Shown in pieces: positions 47,023 to 59,852 of a stretch of DNA of 64,000 nucleotides. The notes below the pieces were generated by a model that was given only the letters and a program-made list of their open reading frames with translations, had not been told where the DNA came from and did not search any database. The stretch is taken from positions 18,290,001-18,354,000 of the forward strand of contig JBHGNT010000006.1 in NCBI GenBank assembly GCA_043228905.1, written 5' to 3'. This stretch comes from Azolla caroliniana. Taxonomy: Eukaryota > Plantae > Polypodiophyta. Made by a program: the position numbers and the translations under genes. Numbering within the stretch: the stretch's first letter is position 1; every line of letters begins with the position of its first letter.

Positions 47023-49890
47023 TGTTAGGAATATGTCCCTCCTATGGGAGGAGCCGACTAGTCGGGCCGAGACCCGACAATCGAAGTCATGAAGAGTCAA
47101 CTGGGTGAGTCGACTGTGAGAGAGTCAACATGAAGAGTTGACAACAGATGATACAAGTCGAAGACGAGACCGACTAGTCGGGCCGACTGGACAGTAGACA
47201 TGAGTCGGCTAGTCAAATCGACTAGTCGATTGATTAACTATTATTGTTATTTAGTATAACAATAGTAATGACAGTAGCAGTGACTACATTTATAAATAGG
47301 CCACACAGTGTATAAGTATAAAATACACTCAGGGCAAACATATTGTGAAGTCGATTTTTGCTCCTAGGAAAAGACTGTGACAAATACATTGGATGCGAAG
47401 GTATAGAAGAATAAAACACAATATAAAAGGTCCAAGAGTTAAAAGATAAATGAAATTGAAGAGATATAGAGTTAGAGGTGTTTTTCAAAAGTAAAAAAAG
47501 CAGAAAAAAAGAAAAAGAAGAAAAACGCAAGAAATTAAGCAGAAAAAGCAAGGTAGAGAAAAAAGCTCATAACTTCTTCATCTGTTATCCAAATTTCAAA
47601 AGAAAATATTCATAAGAAAGCTGACAAAGAGATCTTTCTTGTATGATAATTTACATGATAAACCAGAAATAATGATATGAAAAACGCACCACACAAACTC
47701 GAGGATATGTAAAAGAAAAGAAAAGAAAAAAGCAAGAATAACACAACTAAAAAAAACCTATAAATGTGAGGGTATTCTTAGCAAAAGGAAAGAGGAAGAG
47801 TAGAATATCTACAAGGAGGGATAGAAGATCTACAAGAAGAAGTGAGGAAGAAGAAATGAGAAAGAAGAAGAAGATTAGAAGAAGTGAGAAGACGATTAGT
47901 AGAAGAAAGAGAGAAGACGGAAAGACTATTTTAGTAATAGTATATTGAAGTAGTTATTTGGGGTTGTTACTCTTTGAGTCTAAGAGGACTGTATTCTTTT
48001 CTTAATAATATATTGAAGTATTCTTTTCTCTTTCTCTTCTCTTCTCTATTATTTTTCTCTCTCTCCTCATCACATATCAATGTGTAGCAGAATTCTGTAA
48101 TCCTCTATTGGTGTTAGCGACAGAGAAGAGTGAGTGAGTGAGAGGGGCATAGAGAGCGACGCCATAGCCAAGTGAGGTTTGACACTAAGATCCCTGTGTG
48201 GTTGATACACTCTGTGTGGAGTGTTGTATTCTGATCTCATCTTGTATTCTCTTGTGTATAGTGGAATATCTGTTCCCATGGTTTTTCCCCATTTAGGGTT
48301 TCCACGTAAAATGTTGTGCAATGAGTATTTTGTCTACTGTGTTGTTTTCTATATCCGCAAGATTTGTGTATTTCAGCATATCTTTTGTGGATCGACGATT
48401 CGATTCCCGACAAACTAGTAATAGAGCAAGAGGTGCAAACATGGGAGGAGGTGTGAGCGGCTTCCCGAGTATGATAATTCTAAACTCTCGGAACTATGCA
48501 GGCTAGAAGATAAAGATGGAAGACCTGCTCATAGTGAAAGACCTCTACGAGCCCATCAATAGAGCAGAGATACCCACGGGGGTATTAGAGTCTGAATGGA
48601 AGCTCCTAACAAAAAGGTGGTGGCCACCATCAAACAATGCGTCGATTTGAGTGTCCTTCAACATGTAGCAAATGACACAAATGCCTACGAGATGTGGCAA
48701 AAGCTATCAAGCCTATATGAGAAGAAGAATGCCCTCAACAAAACATCCTTGATGAGAAAGATTGTAAGCCTGAAATACAGGGACAGGGAAAGCATAGTCG
48801 AGCACATAAGCACATTCATGGGGCATGTGAATCAACTTCTGGCGACTAAGTTCCCCTTGGAGGATGCAATGCAGGCCATTCTTCTACTGTGCACTTTGAT
48901 GGACAACTGGGAGAATCTAGTGGTGACTCTCAGCACCTTGTGTCAAGAAGAAATGACGAAGGCTACAATGGTAGTTTCCGAAATGGCAAGTGGAAGTTCT
49001 GTCGTGGAAACCTCAGAGTGGCCCGAGCATAGAAAGAGGGCACACTGTATATGACGCATGCCCGACTGTGCAAGTTGGAAGTGAATGTGGCAGGTGACTC
49101 GAGTGGAGAGTTATGGCATAAGAGACTAGGCCACATGAGTGAGAAAGGAATGCACATCCTGGTCGACCAGGAACTTCTACCAGAAGTGAAAGGAGTACAC
49201 TTCGAGAAGTGTGTCAATTGCTTAGTTGGGAAGAAGAACAGGACAACATTTCACACAAGACCACCAAGAAGAAGAGAAGCTACACTAGAACTAGTACACA
49301 CGGATGTGTGCCATGTAGATGCTCCATTGCATCGAGGTGGGCAGTACTTTGTAAAGTTTATTAACGACTATAATCGAAAGACATGGGCCTTCGTACTAAA
49401 GTCAAAGGATTAAGTAGTGTCAAAGTTCAAGGAGTTCTAGGCAAGAACTGAACGAGAGTCAAGTCGAAAGTTGAAGGCTCTCCGAACCGACAATGGTGGC
49501 AAATATAAAGGCAGTTCGAGGAATACTAGAAGGCCCAAGGTATTCGAATTGAATACACAGTGCCAAAGACCCTTGAGTTGGATGGGGTTGCTAAGAGGAT
49601 GAATCAAACAATCATGGAGAGAGTAAGGAGCATGCTCTCTCATGCTAAACTCCCGAAATCGTATTGGGCCAATGCAATCTACACAATTGTGTACCTGATC
49701 AATAGGTCACCCTCAGTACCACTGAAAGGTGATGTCCGACAAAGGGTGTGGATAGGAAAGGATGTCTCCTACCGACACCTGAGGGTGTTCGGATGGTTAG
49801 TGTATATGCATGAGGCTAAGGATCAAAGGTTGAAGCTTGACAGTAAGTCCAAACCATGCATATTCATGGGATACTTGGAGGAAGAGTTTG

Positions 49891-52800
49891 TGTTACGGGC
49901 ATGACCATATAATATCCCGTGGTAAGAATTTACCGTAGTATTCTATACACGGGATATAATATGGTCATGCCCGTAACGTATGCTTGGAGTTGTTATAAGC
50001 AAACTCCAAAATTGGGAGATAACGTTCCCATTTTGTTGGTTTTGCACCAACGTATGCTCGAAGCATGTCCTCAATAATTTGATTTACTCGTTCTGTCTGT
50101 CCATCGGATTGAGGATGATCCGTGGAGCTCATGCTCAACGTAGTTTCTAACTTCTTAAAGACTTGTGTCCAGAAGTCACTAGTAAACTTTGGATCTCGAT
50201 CACTCACGATATCCATCAGTAACCCATAAAAACGAAACAATTCGTCAACAAATTGGTAAGCCAATTCAAGAGCTGTTACCGTGGTTTTAGTAGCAATAAA
50301 TCTGGCCATTTTAGTTAGTCGATCAACGACAACCCAGATGGCATCATGACCTTTTTGGGTGCGAGGAAGGCTAACAATAAAATCCATGGATATACTTTCC
50401 CACTTATTATTGGGAATGTCCAAGGGATGTAAAAGTCCTGCGGCTTTAAGTCGCTCGGCTTTGTTAACCTGACACTGGTGACATTTAGTCACATAGCTAT
50501 GTATGTCAGGACGCATCTTAGGCCAATAAAATTGAGTGGAGATGAGAACGAGTGTACGATGTATTCCAGGGTGCCCTGTTGAGGGTGCATCATGGCATTA
50601 AAAAAGAATCCTCTTTTTGACCTCGGGTAAATCTGGAACACAAACCTTCCCATTACGGTAGAGCAAACCGTTAGCAATGTGGAAGTATTCCTTCAAGGAT
50701 GTGGTGGTGTCTGTTCCAGACTCAACTCTAGCCCAGTATTTTGCGAAATAACTGTCATCAGGATACTTTCCTCGAAGGTGATCATAAAGATCTGATGATA
50801 TTTCAGTGAAGCTAAGCGTGTTAACTTCACGGATGCGACTTAGTGCATCCGCGACAATGTTCATGGAACCTTTACGATATCGTATGGAAAAATCAAAGTC
50901 CTGGATGAGATCAGCCCATCGTGCCTTACGACCTTTCAGGTCTTGTTGGTCACAAAAATATTTCAAGGACTCGTGGTCCGTAGTTACCACAAAGTGATTT
51001 CCATAAAGTTAATGGCGCCATGTTTTGAGCGCATGTATAACTGCAAATAATTCCTTTTCTTGAACGGTATACCGACATTGAGCAGAATCAAGTTTCTTAC
51101 TCTCGAATGCTATTGGTTTACCATCTTGATACAAGACAGCACCTATAGCATAATCACTTGCATCGGTTTCAACCTCAAAAGGTTTTGAAGGATCAGGTAA
51201 AAGAAGTGAAGGAGCCTTGCAAACTAGGTCCTTGAGTTCCTTAAATGCAAGGTGTAGTGTAGCATTCCACACAATAGGTTTTGTAGACTTACGCGTTTGA
51301 CCTTTTAAAAGATCAGTAAACGGCATCGTCAATTGGGAGTAATTACGAAGAGACTTTCGCAAAAACCCCACAAAACCAAGGAATGATCGAACTTCTCGAA
51401 TATTCCGAAGAGTGGGCCAAAGCTTGATTTTCTCAATGCGAGAAGGATCAATTTCAACTCCTCGTTCGGTTATGAGATGTCCTAGATAAGTAATTGATTT
51501 CTTGAAGAACTCACATTTTGAGATCTTCGCATAAAACTGTTTGTCACGCAATGTTTGTAAAACAAAGCAGACATGTCTAGCATGTTCTTGTAATGTACGG
51601 CTATAAACTAAAATATCATCCAAGAAAATAACGACAAATTTTCCAAGTTGTTCTCGGAAAATGTCATTCATTTCTTGTTGAAAAGTAGCCGGAGCATTGG
51701 TCAAACCAAAAGGCATAACCAAAAACTCGTAATGGCCATAGCGCGTACGAAATGCCGTTTTAGGAACATCGTCCTCACTTATTCGTATTTGATGGTAGCC
51801 AGTACGGAGATCAAGTTTCGTAAAATACGGAGCTCCCTGGAGACGGTCAATTAGATCGTCAGCCCAGGGCAATGGATACGAATTCTTGATCGTCACTTTA
51901 TTCAAGCGTCGGTAATTAATACACATACGCCATGTGCCCTCTTTCTTTTTAACCAAGAGAACTGGTGCACCCCATGGAGATTTACTATAACGTATATAAC
52001 CCATTCGTAAATAGTCCTTGAGTTGCTTAGATACCTCATCTTCTTCGGATCGACTTAAGCGATATGGAGGTATACTTATTGGTGCAACACCAGGTACAAT
52101 ATCTATACGATGGTCTATATTACGTTTAGGAGGTAACCCATCAGGTAGTTCACTTGGAAAAACATCATGAAAATCATTTAAGATTTCATCAAGTTGTTGT
52201 TGTTCAAAATATGTTAATTGAATCGGGACATTATCGATATTGTAAACGTGAATGTCCGGATCAAGTACACAATAAAATAACGTAGAACAAGACAACTCGG
52301 ATATTGATGGACACGAGGAAACAATCGAGAGGGATTGTTTTTTTACACATTGAATAAAATGTGTACAATCGTTCAGTACAAAAGAAATGGAATGACGAAC
52401 CCAATCAATAAATAAAGAAGAGTTTTTATTATAAAACCAGGGATAACCCAGTATTACATCGGTGGTACAAAGATTCATTACATGGAAGTCTACTTCCTCT
52501 ATATAAGTATCAATAGAAATTCCTAATGAATGAATCGCCCCGTTGATGTATTGTACTCTTCCATCAGCCAAGTGCACCGTGTAAGTGTGATCACTTACGG
52601 TGGGTTGGATTCCCCATATCTAAACCAAACGATCATTCACAAAATTGTGTGAGCTTCCCGAATCAAATAAAAACTGTACGGGAGATCCATTGATATACCC
52701 GTTTGCACGTAGTAAATCATTGGGACCCAATACATAGTGAGGGAAAGAACATTGACAATTACTTAAATGATGTGTATAGACCTGAAGGACATTAGGAATC

Positions 52801-55800
52801 TGACCTTTATGGTCTGCAGCTTTAGCTTTGTTGTCGTGCTCTTTCCGTTGGAGCTTTCGACATTGATCTTTTGTATGACCCTTCTTTTTGCAGAATACAC
52901 AAAAAGGATGTTGTCGCTTACAATCGCAATCCAGGAATTCGTTGGGTGTCTTGCGTTTCCCAACAAATTGCGACTGCTTAGTCCCGGGCGCTTCGTTGGG
53001 TTTGTTATGGTCCTTCTTCGAAGTGCGTTGATAGCGAAGAACTATTTCAACGGCCTCTTCGAAGGATTTTGGATCCTTATCGTGCACTATCCAGTGATAG
53101 TCCGAATTGGGGATGCCATTGACAAAACAAGCTATCAACCAATTGTCCCCTTCTAGACCCGATTTTTGGATTTGGGTTCTAGCATGGTGAACATAGTCTT
53201 CTAGCGAGGAAAATTTCCTGCTAGAGAGGTTCATTAAAGCTTGTGCTGCCTCGGTTCGAGAGGGAGGTTGCAGAAATTGGCCCTTAAAAACCGTGACAAA
53301 ATCTGTCCAGGTATCGGGCAATTTCCCCATAGTACGGAGGCCACGCCACCAGGCGGCGGCCTTACCCCCGAGTTCTCGGCTGACATATGCAATCTTCGTA
53401 CTATCTGGCATGGGATAGAGCTCAAAATGAGACTCCCATCATCCCAGCCATGTGCAGATTGCTTCTTCGGTTCTTTCCTTTTTGTCTCCCGTAAATGGCT
53501 TAACGACAAATGATGGTTCACCTTGTCGCTCATCAGGTCTATTAGTCTCACGTTGTAGACTAATGACACGTGCCTCAAGAGCACTCTGAGATTGCCGAAG
53601 TTCGGTCATCTGTTGAGCGGTGAAACTAAGGTATTGGGTTATTTGTGCCAAATACATCTCAGTGGACATTTGTCCAGGAGGATTCCCTTGAGTTCCTTCC
53701 GCTTGAGCAGATGACATCGGGTCGTTAATTTGAGCCATTAAAGATTATTTCTGGAAAAGAAATAGGATAAGGTCAGAGATATAGTCATAACATCATGTCG
53801 TGATGTAAACATATCATGGGCGAGCATTAATCGATATCATTATCTCACGTCAATACCCCTCTAGACGTATGAGATGAGGTTCAAGATCAGGTTACTATGG
53901 TAACACAAAGGTGTTTTAAAAACTATGGGGGTGACAAATAAATGTCTTTCCCTGATCTCTATATCAATTTTTTCATGGTGGCTCCCCGAGGCTCAACCAT
54001 GTATGTTCGCGTCATGAATAGTTTATACACGAAAAAAATGTTAACAATAAACTATGTTTCGGTGCCCACATAAGTGGTTTCGGCTCTTTAAGTCCTATTA
54101 CGAGGACCCCGAGGTGCACTTAGACCTTAAGTCTAAACATGTGTTATAGTCATATGTATCAAGGATGTTGTATGGTCTTGGTCATATTTGAACTCGAGAC
54201 CTCGAGAACAAATACATTAAACACTGGAGCCAACCAAGTAAGTTGCTCTTCTCGAATGCTTAATGTTTGATGCGTATAAGAGATATGCGAGGCAATTGAT
54301 CATATATGTTTTTTTAAAAGAACATATATGTCAAGGTCCTTATTTCGCCCTCATTTACCAAAACTATGTTGGTACGTTGCCTAACCTCAAGTCTCGTAAT
54401 TACGATGGCATATGCCAAAGGGCAACCTAATGGTCAAGCCAAATGAGCCCTCGTTTCGTAGTAGGCTCACGTGGGCCATCACATGGTCACGTCATTACGA
54501 ATGCCTCTCGTAAGAACGAGCTCATGGTGGCATCGTATCCATGTAACGAGGGAGGGATGTTGGATGCGTGCGTCATTGGAGCGACCTCACTTGAAGTGGG
54601 TCAAGCCCTACGTACTCAACATCATTTTGGCTATTCGCGTTTCTTTACGTAACGAAATCGAGGTCGTCAATGGGGTTATCAACAATAAAAAAATGTTGAA
54701 AAAGGGATGGTGACAACGCCATTCTCACAAAAATGTGAGGACGGCCACCAACATCCTTTTCCCGACAAGGACAACTTTCGATATAATCACGTAATAACGA
54801 ATATACACATATGTTTACTTATCACATATATACGATCAAATACGTATATATGTGACCACATATGCCTATATTAAACATATCGTTATATTAAATAGCCACA
54901 AATGATGTGATCGAGATACGTAATCGAGGTATATACCTCTACGCACACAAAACATCCACAAATAAGAGATCATCGTAATACGCAATGGAGGTATTGACCT
55001 CTTACGCATACGAGACCAAACGCATATCGTTTACAACAAATCAAGGTATTAAACTCATACGCAAACGTAACATATGTTCGTGAACGTAATACGTAATTGA
55101 GGTATTAACCTCGTACGCATACGACACTCATCACATATTATCAATATGTCAAACGAGGTATTGACCTCGTGCACATATGTAAACGTTTTAGATAATCAAT
55201 TAAAGACCACTACAACATCATTGACTTAATGAAAAAATTTACATATAAACTAAACACATGATTAGATGGGAGAAGAGAGAATAGAAAGAAAAATTATGGA
55301 AAGAGTTACCGAAGTTCTTTGTTGATCGTTGTCTGGATCAAGGCCAACCGCACAACGATCGATCAGCATCAATCAAAAGACAAATGAAAAACAAAGAAAC
55401 ATTAGTACAAAAATCTGATACCAAATATTATAGATCTTGGTACTAACGTAAGCTTAAGATAAGGATAATGAAAAGATAGATAGAAAGGAGAAAGAGAAAG
55501 AAGGGTGCCGATCCACCCGACCACCCCCGAGCGAAGGGATCGAGACGGACTCGAGCCTCGATCGGCGTCCCATACCACCGCCGTGGCATCGAGTCGTACC
55601 TGGTACTGGAGCGCTCGCTACAAGAGTTGACCCACCACACGAGCAGAGTCTCGATGTAGTCAAAAGATGATCAAATGAGGGTAGCTAGGCCTCTTATTTA
55701 TAGCGAAACCCAAGGCCCCCAAGCAAGTTCACACTTGACCTAATGGGTTGTCTCAATCCCGAGGATTAAAAGTAATCCTCCCCTTCTTTTCACTCTCATT

Positions 55801-55880
55801 TAACCCTCACACTTATCCACGTGTATAGAATACTACGGTAAATTCTTACCACGGGATATTATATGGTCATGCCCGTAACA
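49891..55880 (-). mobile_element. Chromovirus-like Ty3/gypsy M with TSD GTTTG; 5' LTR ~55426-55880; 3' end replaced by an inverted LTR terminus
   Basis: GTTTG at 49886-49890 and 55881-55885; PBS TGGTATCAGA 55414-55423; 61-bp perfect inverted ends. Confidence 0.93.
49965..53738 (-). pseudogene. Gypsy M gag-pol with a few stops; integrase truncated at YNNSKHT
   Basis: [77 protein letters not shown]. Confidence 0.95.
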
Positions 55881-57176
55881 GTTTGGCTACAGGTTGTTCG
55901 ACTAGAAGATAGTGAGGAGTCGGGATATAGTCTTCTTGGAAGACAAGACAATAGAGGATTGGAAGCAACAGAAGTCTTAATTGACTTCCCAATCAACTCC
56001 TACTACTACCGACTTAAGGCCAAGTGAACCGACACAATCGACTGTTCAGACACAACCACTCGGCACATCAGAATCTGAGTTAGTGGACTCAGAGCAACCG
56101 ACCAATACAGATGAGTCAAAGTCGGCAGAACTATTGAAGTTGATGGAGGACTATGAGTCAGAATCAGCTAACTCCCAACAACTGATCCACAGATATGAAT
56201 CGGAGCCAAGAGGTTTGAATCCTTCATGATGGAACATCGATTCCAGAAAACACAAGCTGATCACTTTGTTCGTCAAGAGGTACGATGAAGGTGACTTCTT
56301 AATTATCTTTTTATATGTGGATGACATGTTGATAGTCGGACAAGATACGAAGAGGATCGTGAGCTTGAAGAAAGCACTAGCCAAGTCGTTTGCCATGAAA
56401 GATCTTGGACCAACAAAACAGATCTTAGGGATGCACATAGTTTGGGACAAAACTAAGAAATTGTTGTGTTGTCACAAGAGAAATACGTGACAAAGATCCT
56501 AGAAAGATTCAACATGTCGGAAGCAAAGCCAGTCGGCCCTGTGTTGCCGATCAATTGCAAGTTGAATGCAAAGCAATGCCCAAGGAGCGTGAAAGATAAG
56601 GCTGAGATGAGGAAAGCATTGTATGCCACAACCGTTGACAACTTAATGTATGTTATGGTCTGTATAAGACCAGACATAGCATTTTTTGTGGGAGTGGTGA
56701 GCTGATACATGAGTAATCTAGGAAGAGAACACTGGGCAGTTGTTAAATGGATACTCAGGTACTTGAAGGGCACCTCGGGTGCGTGCCTTATGAATGGGGT
56801 TGGAAAACCTATGCTCGGCGGTTTTGCCGACTCGAACATGTTGGGGGATGCACTCTCGACTAGATCCACTTCGGGGTACGTGATGACCTATGGAAGGGGA
56901 GAAGTTTCATGGTAGTCACGACTGTAGAAGTTTGTGGCTTTGTCGACCACAGAGGCCGAGTACATGGCAGCGGTACAGGTCGGCAAAGAGCTAATTTGGT
57001 CGAGAAATTTTCTCAACGAGTTAGGGATGAAGAAAGGGAGTTCTTGCTTCATTGTGATAGCTAGAGTGCCATACATCTAGCAAAGAATGTTGCATACCAC
57101 TCCCGAACCAAGCACATACAGAGAAGGTATCATTGGTTGAAAGTGGAAGAAGAAGAGTTTACCCTTGTGAACTCAC

Positions 57177-59852
57177 TGTTGTCTCCTTCTTGGAGAAACA
57201 CCTTCGATCAATCTCCTGAGTAATTGGGTCAAGGAATCGTGGTTGCGTAGGGGACTACGATAGGGCCAAGCAGGCCAAACAGTTGCACGATAGCCGGCTG
57301 CAACCGGTTCTTTTCACTTACGACTTAGAAATAATAGAATCAAAAGTAATGATTAAGATGAATAGACACAGAGATAAACCAAAAAGTATGTGCACAGATT
57401 ACTGCATGTAACGATTACAAAGGCAACACAAGCCGACTATATAAATCACCCTCTCTATATCTAGGTCATAACATATGTATATATTCACTCTCCCTCTTCT
57501 TCTGCCACTCCATGATTTATATAGCCTATTCTCTCCTTGGCATGCTTCAAGTACTCCCTCCTTATTCACGACCTTTATTCTCAGCTGCATCTATTTCGTT
57601 CTACCTTCCTCGGTTGCAAGTGGTTGGGCCGATTCCCTTTTTCATACTTGACCTACTTGTCTCTTTAAGATTCGTTTCACACCTCGTGCCTTTTGTCCCA
57701 CGGATAACACCTGGCACACTTGTGCAATAATTCCTTGCGCGTCGAAGCCAAAAACAAAATCGTTCCAAAAAATCGAAATCATAATACTTTTCTTCGAAAG
57801 AATGGAAAATTTCTATTGTACACTCCGTCCTCTTCCAAAATTGATGTGATGCCCTCCGGTTACACCAACTCCCTCAGTTTGAGATTGGCTGTGAAATCGG
57901 CCCTTTGCTCTGTGTTCTCTTGGGCTTCAGTTTCTCCACCGGCTCTTGAGTCGCCTCCTCCTATTTTGGCTCCTTTGCGTGGAACTCAGATGATAAATCT
58001 AGCCGTTGGTCTGTAGTTTCCGTAGCCCCTTCCTCCTAATTTGGCTCTGTGTTCTGTTCAACCACTTGTTCCATCTCCAAGCCCGGGTGCGTCACCCCTT
58101 CTTCTTTCAGCTCTTGGGTTTCTATCTCAATCATCATACAGGGTTGAGGCCTGTGCCGCAACTTCAGCTTCCTTTTCGGCTTTGAGGCGCGGGCGATCAT
58201 AACCTCATGAGCAGTAGTTGATCATCGTCAAATTCCTCTAGGAGGTTTCCGATGGCCGTGGTGTGTGTTCAAACCAAAGCTTGGTATTCCTCATCAAGGT
58301 TTTTGCAGAGGATCTGAATGCTATTCTTACCCATTTTGTAAAATCCGTGGCCCTCTTTTTTGCAATTTTCGGCATCAGCTAAGAAAATCTACAATTTGGT
58401 TGCTTGAGCTGACCATTCTTTCCATCTGCAAGATAGTGACTCTTCAACCTTCTAATTTAGCTTTATCTAGTGCCTTGCAACTAGTGCCTTTACCTATGCT
58501 TCACCCATCTTGTCTTTGGCACGTAGGGTGTCCAATTCCTCTTTGGCAGTCGCGACATCAAGCTCGAGCTTGGCTTTCACGATTTCGAATGACGCGGTAA
58601 CCCCAACAAGCTTTTTCTCCATTACTTCCATATGTTGGTTGTAGCGTTGGAGTAGCCAATCCAAATTCGCGGCTAACTCTTGCAGATACCGTTCGTTCTC
58701 CTGTTCCCGGTCTTGTGCCCTGGAGATTTGTAGCTGTTGGAGGGACTCTGATAATGTATATTTCTCCTGCACCGCTTCTTCAAACATTTGAAGCTGCCAG
58801 TTGAAGCGTTGTTGGAGTTCTGTGTGCTCGTTTTGGAGACTAGTGAGTTGGTTGTTTGTAATGGCCGCAACCCGTTGGTATCCTTCCTCAATCTCATGTA
58901 TTTTAGTCGTAGATGCCTCGTTTTCTGCCCAAAGAACCAACGCGACATGTTGTTCAGTTTCTTAGAGCATCGAGCCATTGTTGGAGTTCGGCCTCGCATT
59001 TTGCTGCCTTCTCCTGGAATTGGTCGGATTCCTCTTTGGTCACTTCATAATGCTCTTTGGCTTTCTCGACGATCGCCACTTACGCTGCAAGCTCTTCTTC
59101 ATAGTTGTGCGGTGGGGCCGTTGGCATACTAGTAGGAATGACGGGGACCGATTCGGATGTTTCCTCGGTTTGAGTGGACACATCTGCCTGGTTTGGAGTA
59201 CGGGGTGGAAGGGCGAGAGGGTTTGTTTTCTCTGTTTCTTTGAGCCGTTGTTCAAGCTCGGTTAGGCGAATTTCTGAAGACAACCACAATTCTCTTTTTG
59301 TTTTGTCCTGTTTGCACTCTTGTTTGCTACTAACTACCATTGCTTTGGGTGCGCGGGTTGCCCTATCCAAGTCGCGATAAGCTTCGACCAGGGCCATGTT
59401 GAGCTCAGGTAGCTCGATCCGTATGCAACGGGTCTTAGTTTTCCGTTTCCGGCCGATTTTCTGCAGTTGTGGCTACTCCTCTGATTCGAGCTCGTTGGCG
59501 AGTGGCCGTTGGATTGGATTTGTTGCTCAGCATGTTCCTGGGCCATGCGTGCTGCCGCGGCAAGAAAATCGATGAGCTCGTATGCCGTGTCATGTTGTAA
59601 GATTGCACGGAGCTCGTAGGATTTGGCAGGCATGTCCCTGAAATTCATCACTTCTTCCTTCGAGACCCGAGAAGGTTGCCCTTTCTCGGTATTCCCTGTC
59701 AAGGACAGAGCCTGGTCTATGACGACAACAACCATCTTCTCCAAGACGACGATCAATTGTAGGTTCTCGGTTGAGGAATTCCCTTGAGATTTCTCTCCAT
59801 TGCGTCCTTGCAACCTGCGGCGTTTCTTGGCGGGACTCGAGTGAGAAGACGT
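57177..59852 (-). mobile_element. 3' end of LTR element O (3' LTR ~57177-58094, PPT 58095-58108, degenerate extra ORF), probably gypsy
   Basis: Minus strand GAAAGAAGAAGGGG then TGACGC...GACAACA; TATA-like TATAAA near 57520; upstream coiled-coil ORF pieces. Confidence 0.65.

Larger units (their letters stand above)
47023..57176 (+). mobile_element. Degenerate copia H (5' LTR ~47023-48412, gag from 48441, internal deletions), interrupted by M and O
   Basis: Gag resembles G and F; ...GYLEEEF|GYRL... restored across M; YVDDM, RNase H up to ~57170. Confidence 0.85.

Noticed and set aside
54915-55180. CRISPR-like look (palindromic repeats with variable spacers)
   Set aside because: Repeats are degenerate, lie in a retrotransposon leader in eukaryotic DNA, and no cas genes are present
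49891-55880. M as a DNA (TIR) transposon carrying a gypsy fragment
   Set aside because: The inverted ends are the start of the gypsy LTR itself, followed by a PBS; there is no transposase, and the 5-bp TSD with TG..CA ends fits integrase
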